A DNA stretch of 48,754 nucleotides from Bacteroidota bacterium (GTDB lineage: Bacteria > Bacteroidota > Ignavibacteria > UBA10030 > UBA8401): positions 14,226-62,979 of the forward strand of contig JACFMZ010000005.1 in NCBI GenBank assembly GCA_019455105.1, given 5' to 3'. The notes beneath the pieces were generated by a model that did not search any database, had not been told where the DNA came from, and saw only the letters and a program-made list of their open reading frames with translations. The position numbers and the translations under genes are program-made. Shown piece by piece: positions 30,868 to 40,703 of the stretch. How positions within the stretch are numbered: the first letter of the stretch is position 1; the number at the start of each line of letters is the position of its first letter.

Positions 30868-31422
30868 TTATGTTTCTTTCTGACTACTTATTGTTTTAAA
30901 AAATCTTTTTCCGTAAACGATTAATGAATAAACGGAAGAAATGACGCTTAACCATATTAAATATTCAAATATTTTGCTTAAGCTCGGATAGCGGAGAATT
31001 GCAGTTAACAACGCTAAGGCGATAAATCCAACCGCCACCTTCCCTTCCATCGTTGAAGTAAGAATGATCCCTTTTTTTAATTTTACATACATTCCTGCCG
31101 AAAAAATAATTACATCTCTGCCTATTACAAGAATTAAAAACCATAATGGAATATCGCCAAAAATCGCCAGCAACACAATGACAATGCCGATTCCAACCTT
31201 GTCTGCAAGCGGATCGATAATTTTACCGAACTCTGAAATTTGATTGAGTACGCGCGCTAAGTATCCGTCAAACAAATCGGTTAATGCCGCTAACAGGAGA
31301 ATTAAAACGGCAATTTCTCTGTGAAATTCCGAAGGGGTATAAAGAAAATATGCCGTCGGGATTGTAAGAAGAATTCTTGTAAAACTTAAAAAATTCGATA
31401 TTGTCCAAATTTTATTGTTCAT
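30868..31422 (-). CDS. CDP-alcohol phosphatidyltransferase (PgsA-like)
   Basis: SN.LSF.R, TDLFDGYLAR..NQ.SEFGKIIDPLADK. Confidence 0.9.
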   Translation of the reverse strand: MNNKIWTISNFLSFTRILLTIPTAYFLYTPSEFHREIAVLILLLAALTDLFDGYLARVLNQISEFGKIIDPLADKVGIGIVIVLLAIFGDIPLWFLILVIGRDVIIFSAGMYVKLKKGIILTSTMEGKVAVGFIALALLTAILRYPSLSKIFEYLIWLSVISSVYSLIVYGKRFFKTISSQKET

Positions 31423-34400
31423 TATTTTACAATTGCAAATTTTCCTAATTTTGTGCGAAGAATATTTCCGTTATCATCAACTTGTTCTACTCGATAGAAA
31501 TAAATTCCTGAAGAAACAGAATTTCCGTTTTCATCTTTCATATTCCATGTTGTTCCCTCAGAAGCGGTTGGTTCTTGAAGAGTTTTTATTTTCTGACCCG
31601 AAACAGAAAATATATTGAGTTTACAATTTTTTGGTAAGTTAACAAAGAAGATTTTTTCGCTTAGAGGGGCAGAAATTCTTGCCGGATTCGGATAGACGAC
31701 AATTTGGTCTAATGTTACTGCTTCCTGCGCAATTGAAAGTTTCTGACCTTTCCCTTCGTTGAGCAAATCTCCGTTTGTAGATTCAAGACGGCTGTTTAAG
31801 GTAATTTCAATTCTCAGCGATAAATCGTTCAATTTATCCAGCGGATTTGTTAGAAGAATAACTTTATTTTGATGTATTGAATCAACAAGCACTCTTTCAA
31901 CAGGAAATTGCCGCGCTGTGGTAGCAACCGAATAATTTTCTTTTTGCAGAGCTGTTGAGCGGTTAATTGGAACATTAAATTCTATTTGCAATGAATTAGG
32001 CGATTGCAATGAAACTGTTTGAGCAAAAAACTGTTGTCTTTCTTGTAATGTTGTGATGAATGTAAAAACAAATGCAGTATCCGCAAGCATAAATGTTGCA
32101 TCCATCAAATGTTCAATTTTAAGATGATGTGTTCCGGGAAGAATATTTTCGGCAAAAGTAAATAATACCTTATTTGAATTTGAGAGTACAGACGACATAG
32201 TTTTTTGAGTATTGTCTAACATTAAAAATGCAGTAGATACATCTGCACCGTTTACAGCTTGTGAAAATTCCACCATTAACTGAGTCGGCGAATTTTGAAC
32301 AACTTGAATAATTCTTGCAGGAGCATGAGGTACGCCGAGAATCATTTCAGAAAAATTACTTTCACCTGCATTTATGGTTAATGCTTTTACAGCGTAATAA
32401 TATTTTTGATTTGGCTGAAGCATGGAATCTTTTATTGCATTACCGCTTATCTGTTTATAAAAAGTTAGCGTTGAATCAGTATGACCTCTGTAAATATTGT
32501 GAAGAGAAAAAACTGAATTCCATGAAATTTTTACGCTCGTTGAATCGAGTGTTTGAGCGTGTATATTCCATGGAGCCGGCGGCGCAGTGTTACTTGATGA
32601 TTTCCAAAACTCAATGCCTGTATTTGTATTGAATCCGAGACCGTTAAAACTTAAGAATGAATTTGTTGCGCCGTAACCGTACCACAGAAACTTATCGGGC
32701 GAAGTGATATCAACCAGATAAATATTTGGGTTCAGGCATAAGAACAACTGTTTGGATGGCGAAGCTTGATCAGTTTTTCCAATCCAGACTCCGTTAAATA
32801 TTTTTTGTCCTGCGTGCACTCCAAAAAATGTTTGATTCCAAATAACTGAAAGCGGTACGTCGGAAGTTGAATTGTTGTGTGAAAAGATTCTCACGTTCCA
32901 TACCGGCAGATTGTATTCACGAAAATTATTGAAATCTAAATCTGTGTGCCCCACAGAGGCAATTTCAGGAATTCCGTCGCCGTTAAGATCTCCTGCCGCA
33001 ATAAGATCGCTCATTTCTAGAAAATCAGATGTATCCATCCAAGCCAATTCAAATGAGAAAGAATTTACAGCTGTTTGGCGATACAGAAGAAGATCACCAT
33101 CGTAATCGGCAAAGACAAGTTCAGACTTTCCTGAATTTGTAAAATCACTAACAAGTATTTTTGGCGGTCCGAATTGATTTTTTGAATCACCCAGCCGTGG
33201 CGGCGAAGGATTTGTCAATTTTGTCTGTAAAGAAAAATGCTCATTGCCGAGATTTTTATAAATTAAAATTTCGCTGCTGCTGCGCGCAATTAAATCCGGG
33301 TTGCCATCTCCGTTAAAATCCACGAAAGAACTTCCCCACACATCGTTGGAATCAATCCAAACCGGTTGAGGAGAAAAATGCAACGTTGTTGAATCAATGG
33401 AAAAGATAGCTGAGGTACCGTAATCTTGAACCAGCAGCAACGGAATTCCTTGCTCATTTCTTGTAAAACTTTTCGGAATCCACTGCCGGATAAGTGAATC
33501 ACGCTGAAGAAAATTACCATTAAACTCAAACAACTTTAAAGCGCCATACGAGCCATCTGCTTGAAACTGATTGATGATGACAATGTTTTTCCCATTGATG
33601 AGTATTGTATCCGGTAAAATATACCCTGCTGGAAGGTTGTAATTTTGTTTTTCAAAGAGCGTGGTGGAGATTCTTGTTAAAGGTAATTTTACAGAAAAAT
33701 ATTCGAATCCATTTACTGGAATTGTTGGGAACAATGAGGATTTTTTTATTGATGAGTATGATTCAAACTGTACGTTAAATTCATATTCAGTTTGAGGAAG
33801 GAAATCGGTTGATGTTAAAATAAAGTGATGTGTATTTCCAATTGCTTCTGAATGGAGCATACGAAAATTTTCTATGCTTCCTTTCTTACGAAACTTCAGC
33901 GTTGCTGTTGAATGTATATCGGTAATTGCAGTGATGGTAGAAACATATTGGTCGTTATAAATAACGGAATCTTCCAACTGAAAGAATACAACTTTTGGCG
34001 CATCCAAGTTAATCCTAAAACGAACACGTGTTTCCTCGGAATTTCCTTTACTATTTTCTATTGTAAGCTTTAATAGATAACTTCCTGATTCATAAAGAGT
34101 TGGATTGATTAAAAAAACTGAATCGTTAATACATTGTTTTTCGGAAGAAGCAATTGTTTCCCATGTAAAAGATCCATCATCCTTTCCAATAGCCAAAGTA
34201 TAGGACTTAAAGTATGGAGAGAGTGCCGTAATTTTAATTGGTATTACAGAATTGATAACTTCATCAACAAACGGCGAGTTAATTGTATTAGTATTTGCTG
34301 AAATTGCTTTTGATGCATTATAAATATTTAAGATACCTGCTCCGGTTTCTTCATCCCATCCTTTTTTATTGATGTCAACAGCGGTAGTCATTAAAATACC

Positions 34401-35645
34401 GCGCCAATCTTCATTGGAAAGCTTCGTAAGGTTTTCTCCTTTTTCTTTTTCTATACTTTTTAATAATGCAACGGCACCGGAAACGTGAGGTGCAGCCGCA
34501 GAGGTTCCTGAAAAATTTTCTGTATAGGTTGAAAACAGCGAAGTGGTTGGAATTAATTCTCCTGGCGCCATAATATCCAACATATTACCGTATGAAGAAA
34601 AGATAGAACGAGAATTATAGTTGTTTATTGAACCGACAGAAATTACGTTACTTAAGTCCGACGGATAATGCGGCTTAGAGCTTCCATCATTTCCACTGGA
34701 GGCGACAAGAACAATATTTTTTGAATACGCATAATCGATTGCAGCTTTCAACAACTGTGAAATAACGACGTCGCCGAAACTCATGTTAATCACTTCAGCA
34801 CCGTTATCTGCAGCGTAAATAATTGCCGCTGCAATATCTATATCGTTTCCGCTGCCTGAAGCAGAAAATGCTTTTAGCGGTAAAAGTGAGGCAGTTCCAA
34901 AGCCTGCAATACCATAAAAATTATTTACCTGTGCTCCAATTATACCTGCCACGTTTGTTCCGTGTCCATGATCATCATTCGGCATTGTATTATGGTTGCG
35001 GCTTGATTGTGAAAAGAAATCGATAAAATTATATCCGCACCAATCATCAATAAAACCGTTTTGGTCGTCATCAATTCCATTAAACCGTTTATCGTTTCCG
35101 TTACTATCAATCCCTGTTTCACCGTTGTTAATGATTATTGAATTTTTTAAATCGGGATGCTCTTCATCAATTCCGGTATCAATAATAGCAACTTTTGTTA
35201 ACGGCAGTAATGATTGAAGAATTCCTTCGTCAATTAATCTTTTCATGCCAATCTTTTCCAAGTTCCATTGAGATGAATAAGCAGAATCATTGACAGAAGT
35301 ATCAATGTGGTACACATAACTTTTTTCTACCGTAACATCAGGTAATGAAGAAAAGACATTTGCGATCTCTTCGGTTTCTGTAGAGTCTGGTATTTGAAGA
35401 ATAAAATATTTTGAAAAGATTTTCTTTGCTTGTTTGGAAGATAAAAGTTCGGGGAAAGCAGATATTTGAAACGTAGAATTCTTTTTAGCAGATAATTTCT
35501 TTACAGCAATAGATCGTAAAGAAGCAGTTGTAAGAGTGTCCGACGTTCTTTTTAAAATGAGATACTGCGGATTTACATGCTGCGAAAAAATAAAAGAAGA
35601 AAAAAGAATAAGCAAAAAAGATATTAAGAAAATCTGCCGGCGCAC
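31422..35645 (-). CDS. Secreted multidomain S8 serine peptidase with FG-GAP repeats, FN3/Ig-like domains and T9SS-type C-terminal domain
   Basis: Signal peptide; triad IIDTG / HGHGTNVAG / GTSAAAPHV; DFNGDGNPDL and DLNGDGIPEI repeats; C-terminal VYPNP...WNMKDENG..VSSGIYFY...KFAIVK. Confidence 0.88.
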   Translation of the reverse strand: MRRQIFLISFLLILFSSFIFSQHVNPQYLILKRTSDTLTTASLRSIAVKKLSAKKNSTFQISAFPELLSSKQAKKIFSKYFILQIPDSTETEEIANVFSSLPDVTVEKSYVYHIDTSVNDSAYSSQWNLEKIGMKRLIDEGILQSLLPLTKVAIIDTGIDEEHPDLKNSIIINNGETGIDSNGNDKRFNGIDDDQNGFIDDWCGYNFIDFFSQSSRNHNTMPNDDHGHGTNVAGIIGAQVNNFYGIAGFGTASLLPLKAFSASGSGNDIDIAAAIIYAADNGAEVINMSFGDVVISQLLKAAIDYAYSKNIVLVASSGNDGSSKPHYPSDLSNVISVGSINNYNSRSIFSSYGNMLDIMAPGELIPTTSLFSTYTENFSGTSAAAPHVSGAVALLKSIEKEKGENLTKLSNEDWRGILMTTAVDINKKGWDEETGAGILNIYNASKAISANTNTINSPFVDEVINSVIPIKITALSPYFKSYTLAIGKDDGSFTWETIASSEKQCINDSVFLINPTLYESGSYLLKLTIENSKGNSEETRVRFRINLDAPKVVFFQLEDSVIYNDQYVSTITAITDIHSTATLKFRKKGSIENFRMLHSEAIGNTHHFILTSTDFLPQTEYEFNVQFESYSSIKKSSLFPTIPVNGFEYFSVKLPLTRISTTLFEKQNYNLPAGYILPDTILINGKNIVIINQFQADGSYGALKLFEFNGNFLQRDSLIRQWIPKSFTRNEQGIPLLLVQDYGTSAIFSIDSTTLHFSPQPVWIDSNDVWGSSFVDFNGDGNPDLIARSSSEILIYKNLGNEHFSLQTKLTNPSPPRLGDSKNQFGPPKILVSDFTNSGKSELVFADYDGDLLLYRQTAVNSFSFELAWMDTSDFLEMSDLIAAGDLNGDGIPEIASVGHTDLDFNNFREYNLPVWNVRIFSHNNSTSDVPLSVIWNQTFFGVHAGQKIFNGVWIGKTDQASPSKQLFLCLNPNIYLVDITSPDKFLWYGYGATNSFLSFNGLGFNTNTGIEFWKSSSNTAPPAPWNIHAQTLDSTSVKISWNSVFSLHNIYRGHTDSTLTFYKQISGNAIKDSMLQPNQKYYYAVKALTINAGESNFSEMILGVPHAPARIIQVVQNSPTQLMVEFSQAVNGADVSTAFLMLDNTQKTMSSVLSNSNKVLFTFAENILPGTHHLKIEHLMDATFMLADTAFVFTFITTLQERQQFFAQTVSLQSPNSLQIEFNVPINRSTALQKENYSVATTARQFPVERVLVDSIHQNKVILLTNPLDKLNDLSLRIEITLNSRLESTNGDLLNEGKGQKLSIAQEAVTLDQIVVYPNPARISAPLSEKIFFVNLPKNCKLNIFSVSGQKIKTLQEPTASEGTTWNMKDENGNSVSSGIYFYRVEQVDDNGNILRTKLGKFAIVK

Positions 35646-35647
35646 AA

Positions 35648-37147
35648 TTAAATCTCTAAATCATTTTTATCCGAAACGGACTCAATAGGCGTTGGGTATT
35701 TACCGCCAAAACAGGCGGTACAATACCCTTTTTGCGTATTTTTAGGAACAGCTTCAAGCATTTTCTCCCGTGAAAGGTAATGAAGAGAATCAACGCCAAG
35801 CTCTTTGCGAATTTTTTCCACATCACGTTCGCATTGAACGGCAATTAATTCTTCAGGATTCGGAAAATCCATTCCGTAATAACATGAATTGACAATCGGC
35901 GGAGAGGATATTCTTAAATGAATTTCTTTCGGCTCTGCTTCTCTCAATAACTTTATAAGCTGTTTTGAAGTTGTTCCTCTCACAATTGAGTCATCGACCA
36001 CAACGATTTTTTTTCCTTTTAGAACACCTTTAACGGGATTGAATTTGGTTTTCACCTTCATTTCACGCATCCCCTGCTCGGGTTGAATAAAAGTTCTTCC
36101 GACATAATGGTTTCGAATTAACCCTAATTCTAACTTTGTATTGATTCCCATTTTTAATGATTCAGTGACATATCCCAATGCGGCGGTGTTAGATGAGTCC
36201 GGTACGCTGATAACGATAGTTTTTTCTCCTTCATCAGGGTACACCGGCGCTTCCCGCGCCAACGCCTTACCGAGTTTTCTTCTTACTTTATCAACACTTT
36301 CACCGAAAATAAAACTATCAGGTCTTGAAAAATAGACATATTCAAATATACAATGATGTGTCTTTGGGATTTTTTTCTCGAGATAATATGATGTTAATTC
36401 TGTTTTATCATTTGCCTTTCTGTCGATTACAAGAATTTCGCCGGGTTGAATTTCACGTAATGGTTGTGCATCAATAATATCGAAAGCGCAAGTTTCGGAA
36501 GCGACGACATAACTATCGTCTTTAATGCCAAGCATCAACGGGCGAAATCCGTGAACATCCCGAGAGGCAACTAAAAAGTTATCGGTTAAGATAAGTAAGG
36601 AAAATGCTCCATCAACTTTGTTAAGTGCTTCTATAATTTGATCAATTTGATTTTCCTGCTGGCTTCGTGCAATAAGATGCAATAATACTTCTGTATCAGA
36701 AGTTGTTTGAAAGATAGTTCCGGTATTTTGTAATGCATTTCGTATGCTTCGGAAGTTCGTTAAGTTGCCGTTATGAGCAATGGCGAGATTGCCGTTTCGA
36801 TAGTTAACCATAAACGGCTGAATATTATTTTTATTATTTGCTGCTCCCGAGGTAGAATACCTATTATGCCCAATGGCAGAGTTTCCTTTTAAGTGTTCCG
36901 TTAAGATGGAATAATCTCGGAAGACATCTGTTACAAGACCTAAACCTTTTACAATGTTAAATTGTGTTCGTTGTTTTTTTTGATTATAAGAACTTGAAAC
37001 AATTCCGCTGGCTTCTTGTCCGCGATGCTGTAGTGCGTGCTGTCCGTAGTATGTTAACGTTGAAGCCTGAGGGTGATCAAATATTCCAAAAATCCCGCAG
37101 GCACAGCGGGGTTTATCTTTAATCTTGATCTTTTTAGTCTTTATCAT
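35648..37147 (-). CDS. purF: Amidophosphoribosyltransferase (propeptide, Fe-S type)
   Basis: CGIFG after a short propeptide, QHRGQE, HNGN, CIFEYVYF, VVVDDSIVRGTT, CYYG, CTACF. Confidence 0.97.
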   Translation of the reverse strand: MIKTKKIKIKDKPRCACGIFGIFDHPQASTLTYYGQHALQHRGQEASGIVSSSYNQKKQRTQFNIVKGLGLVTDVFRDYSILTEHLKGNSAIGHNRYSTSGAANNKNNIQPFMVNYRNGNLAIAHNGNLTNFRSIRNALQNTGTIFQTTSDTEVLLHLIARSQQENQIDQIIEALNKVDGAFSLLILTDNFLVASRDVHGFRPLMLGIKDDSYVVASETCAFDIIDAQPLREIQPGEILVIDRKANDKTELTSYYLEKKIPKTHHCIFEYVYFSRPDSFIFGESVDKVRRKLGKALAREAPVYPDEGEKTIVISVPDSSNTAALGYVTESLKMGINTKLELGLIRNHYVGRTFIQPEQGMREMKVKTKFNPVKGVLKGKKIVVVDDSIVRGTTSKQLIKLLREAEPKEIHLRISSPPIVNSCYYGMDFPNPEELIAVQCERDVEKIRKELGVDSLHYLSREKMLEAVPKNTQKGYCTACFGGKYPTPIESVSDKNDLEI

Positions 37148-37150
37148 ATA

Positions 37151-38746
37151 CTATGTTATAAGTGTATCTTTCAACCATTCCACATCGTTTAAAAAATTAT
37201 AATCCGTATTGTAATGAAGTCCGCGGCTCTCTTTCCTTGCAATGGCAGAACGAATGATTAAATCCGCAACGCAGGCAAGATTTCTTAATTCTATTAATCC
37301 TTCAGATACTTTTGTTCGTTTATAAAAATCTTTTACTTCTTCCTGAATTAAATTTATTCTTCGTTGTGCTCTTGCTAAACGATGAGTTGAGCGAACGATA
37401 CCGACATAATCCCACATAACTTGTTGAATTTCTTTTCGATCGTGCGAGATTAAAACCCATTCTTCAGTATTAACCGTACCAGAATAATCCCAGTCAGGTA
37501 TATTTGCCGGTACGCCATTATTTTTATCTTTATTTTGCTTTAAATATTTTGCCGCATCGTGTGAATAGACAACAGCTTCCAGCAATGAATTACTTGCTAA
37601 TCTATTAGCACCATGAAGCCCTGTCATACTAACTTCGCCACAAGCAAAAAGATTTTTGATTGATGTTTTTCCTTGTAAATCTGTAACAACACCACCGCAG
37701 GAATAATGTGCAGCAGGAACAACCGGAATTAAATCTTTAGTCATATCAATTCCGTGTTTCAGGCATCGTTCATAAATATTTGGGAAATGCTCCTTAATCT
37801 TTTCTCCGTGTAAATGTGTAACATCCAAATAAACAAATTCATCACCTGTCCTTTTTAACTCGTTATCAATAGCGCGTGCAACAATATCTCTCGGTGCCAA
37901 TGAGCCTTGCGGGTTATATTTCAGCATGAAATCTTCACCTTGCGCATTCCGTAAGATACCACCGAATCCGCGCACGGCTTCAGAAATAAGAAAACTCGGT
38001 GAACCTGAATTAAATAATGTGGTCGGATGAAACTGTATAAATTCCATATTTGCGATTGCCGCGCCGGCTCTGTATGCCATGGCAACGCCATCTCCGGTTG
38101 CAATTAACGGATTTGTAGTATGTAAATACACATGCCCTGCTCCGCCGGTTGCAAGCATAGTGTTTTTTGCAATAAAGGTTTTGACCACATTTTTATTGAT
38201 ATCCAGTACATACGCACCCCAGCAGTGAATGGTATCGTGATTTTCTTTTTTTGTTGTGAAGAGGTGGTGTTCGGTAATTAAATCTATGGTTACATGGTTT
38301 TCATAAACTTTTATGTTGGGGTGAGATGCAACTTTATCAAGAAGTGCCCGCTCAATTTCTTTCCCGGTAAGGTCGGCGGCATGAACAATTCTGTTCTTTG
38401 AATGACCTCCTTCTTTTCCTAAATCTAATTCTTTTCCCGATCGTGTGAATTGAACGCCTATTTCAATCAGCTCGTTAATTCGTTCAGGTCCATCGTGGAC
38501 TACATGTTCAACAGTATCTCGATGGCACAGATACGCGCCCGCTTTCATCGTATCTTCAATATGATTCTCAAAGGAATCCGTTGAAGACATGACAGAGGCA
38601 ATACCGCCTTGAGCGTAATTGGTATTGGATTCTGCTGTTTCTTTTTTTGTGACAATGGAGACAGTGCCGGTATCAGCAATCCTTAAAGCAAAGGAAAGTC
38701 CGGCAATTCCGCTGCCGATAACTAAAAAATCTGATTCTAATTTCAT
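37151..38746 (-). CDS. nadB: L-aspartate oxidase
   Basis: [57 protein letters not shown]. Confidence 0.96.
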   Translation of the reverse strand: MKLESDFLVIGSGIAGLSFALRIADTGTVSIVTKKETAESNTNYAQGGIASVMSSTDSFENHIEDTMKAGAYLCHRDTVEHVVHDGPERINELIEIGVQFTRSGKELDLGKEGGHSKNRIVHAADLTGKEIERALLDKVASHPNIKVYENHVTIDLITEHHLFTTKKENHDTIHCWGAYVLDINKNVVKTFIAKNTMLATGGAGHVYLHTTNPLIATGDGVAMAYRAGAAIANMEFIQFHPTTLFNSGSPSFLISEAVRGFGGILRNAQGEDFMLKYNPQGSLAPRDIVARAIDNELKRTGDEFVYLDVTHLHGEKIKEHFPNIYERCLKHGIDMTKDLIPVVPAAHYSCGGVVTDLQGKTSIKNLFACGEVSMTGLHGANRLASNSLLEAVVYSHDAAKYLKQNKDKNNGVPANIPDWDYSGTVNTEEWVLISHDRKEIQQVMWDYVGIVRSTHRLARAQRRINLIQEEVKDFYKRTKVSEGLIELRNLACVADLIIRSAIARKESRGLHYNTDYNFLNDVEWLKDTLIT

Positions 38747-38764
38747 ATTTAAAGATACAAAAAT

Positions 38765-38796
38765 AAAAAAGGAGAGAAAAGAATTCTCTCCTTTTT
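38765..38796 (-). terminator. Intrinsic terminator after the small OMP gene
   Basis: aaaaaggagagaa-aagaa-ttctctccttttt; T-tract on the minus strand; about 25 nt after the distal TAA at 38821-38823. Confidence 0.75.
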
Positions 38797-38820
38797 ATAG
38801 AATAACCCAAAAATTAAAAA

Positions 38821-39300
38821 TTAGTTAATCCACCAGGTTAATGTTGTACCTACACCTTGTGTACCAAAGGTAGAAGTCGTTGCACCGCTGGGTCCGCTGC
38901 TTCCAAAGCCTAATGCAACATAACCGCCCCATGCAAAACGTGAACTAAACCAATATTCTGCTCCACCCATCACTCATACTCCGAGATTTGTTGTTGAAGG
39001 TGTTCCGCTTGATGATGTAAAGCTCAAGCCGCCGCCGTAGAAATAAGAAACATTTTCTACGATTGGATTATAGAGTTTAATGTTTACGCCAAGCCCAAAA
39101 GTTGATACCGAAGTTCCTGCAAAAGAACTCGAGTTAAATACAAGACCTCCATCAAGACGCATATTCTCTGATAATGCATATGCACCACCCAACTGACCAC
39201 CGCCCAGGTCTGTTGTAACACCAATTTTCCCAGCAGAAAGCTGAGCAAAAGAGATAGATGATACAAGAAGTACAGCTGCCACAACAAAAAACTTTTTCAT
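38821..39300 (-). pseudogene. Small outer-membrane beta-barrel protein with in-frame TGA at codon 109
   Basis: Signal peptide MKKFFVVAAVLLVSSISFA|Q. After the TGA (38974-38976) the frame stays open for 50 codons, VMGGAEYWFSSRFAWGGYVALGFG...GTTLTWWIN, with amphipathic strands and an aromatic C-terminus. Confidence 0.75.
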
Positions 39301-39366
39301 AAAAATTGCTCCTATATATTATGTGATTAGAATGTTAGTTTGGTGAAGGCATTAAATTATGTGAGA

Positions 39367-39395
39367 AATATAAAACAGCTTTCCTTGTAAGTCAA
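39367..39395 (-). promoter_or_regulatory. Sigma70 promoter of the small OMP gene
   Basis: TTGACT-N17-TATATT; AGGAG ribosome-binding site ahead of the ATG. Confidence 0.7.
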
Positions 39396-39405
39396 GTAAG
39401 ATTTA

Positions 39406-40686
39406 TTAGAAATATATAATAACTGAAGTGCTTAACGTACCGATAGAAAAATCAATTTTGCCGTCCGTATCAAATTCCTGAGTATATGCAACACTCGAAA
39501 GTGTCACATCAATTGCAAATCGGTCTGTAATGTATCCCGAACCGATAGCGATTCCTGAGCCGCTGACCTGCTCTGAGGTTGGGATGTAATCGCCGTTAGC
39601 AGCGCTGTAAGTTTGTTTTGAAAGAGGCGTTGGAACCGTTTTAAATCCTAAGCGAAGCGGTATAATTCCCTGTTCCATAACAATTAAATACTCTGCACCT
39701 ATCCGAAATTCATTCAAATTATTTCCGCTCTGGCTTATTTTTTCTTTAGAGTTTCCTGATAAGCCGCTTGATTTCGAGGCGGCATCCGTTGATATTTCTT
39801 TATCACCGTACATACGCATTTCATAATCCAAGGCAATGGTAAAATTATCACCGATACGATAAGACGCACCCAACCCGAGCATAAACGGCATCGCAATTTC
39901 TTGTTTAACATCATAATTATCCGTTGTGCCGGTAAAAATCTGGTCATTCTCTTTAAAAGTTCCGTCGCTGGATAACGTGAACGGTGTTTTAAGTGTAACG
40001 CCGAGTTTGAGTGGTATTCTGCTTGATGAACTTTCAAAATCCGCTAATCCTCCCAATACAAAATTAAATCCGGTAAAATTTAGCTCTGTGTTCTCAGTAT
40101 AAGAGCCATTAAATCCTATTGAAGCAACAGACATTTTATCGGTAGAGTTAAGACTACCTGTCCAAATATTTGCCGAGAGTCCGACGGAAATCATTGGATT
40201 CAGTTTTAGTGCAATTGCCGGAGTAATAGTATTTGCACCTCCCGAAGCATCCGAATTAACTGTCCATAATTGTGATGGATTGCTGGGATTTCGGTACTCT
40301 TTTTTAAATTTTTTATAAAAATCTAACTGCCTTTGATAAGCGATTGCTGCAACAATTTTAAGACCACTGAGTGAAACCGGTGTGGCAAAGCTTCCAAAAT
40401 TAAAGGAGAAATAGCTTTGACTTTCATCTTCGTTTAACGATGCATCAAAGTTATCTGTATATTTTGCACCGTTAGAAATAAAGCGGGCAACAATGGATGC
40501 TTCCGGTCTTTCAAGTTGTGAAAGTCCGGCAGGATTCCACACTACTGCAGTGGCATCATCTGCTAAACCAATAAAGGCGCCGCCAAAGCCTTCCGCTCGA
40601 GCGCCGGCGCCCGTTAAATTAAAATCTTGTGCAAAAAGAAAAGAAGTGCTGATTAAAAAGATAGAAAGGTGTACAAAACGATACAT
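39406..40686 (-). CDS. Outer-membrane beta-barrel, FadL/OmpP1 (PorV-like) superfamily
   Basis: Signal peptide; GAGARAEGFGGAFIGLADDATAVVWNPAGL hatch motif; IGAEY; LRLGF; C-terminal IIYF. Confidence 0.82.
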   Translation of the reverse strand: MYRFVHLSIFLISTSFLFAQDFNLTGAGARAEGFGGAFIGLADDATAVVWNPAGLSQLERPEASIVARFISNGAKYTDNFDASLNEDESQSYFSFNFGSFATPVSLSGLKIVAAIAYQRQLDFYKKFKKEYRNPSNPSQLWTVNSDASGGANTITPAIALKLNPMISVGLSANIWTGSLNSTDKMSVASIGFNGSYTENTELNFTGFNFVLGGLADFESSSSRIPLKLGVTLKTPFTLSSDGTFKENDQIFTGTTDNYDVKQEIAMPFMLGLGASYRIGDNFTIALDYEMRMYGDKEISTDAASKSSGLSGNSKEKISQSGNNLNEFRIGAEYLIVMEQGIIPLRLGFKTVPTPLSKQTYSAANGDYIPTSEQVSGSGIAIGSGYITDRFAIDVTLSSVAYTQEFDTDGKIDFSIGTLSTSVIIYF

Positions 40687-40703
40687 TTGCCCTCCGTTAA
40701 AAA

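Noticed and set aside
38920-38976. Selenocysteine insertion at the OMP UGA
   Set aside because: Only weak pairings follow the UGA, the position is a membrane beta-strand with no redox motif, and the internal repeat points to Gly. Not excluded without a SECIS search.
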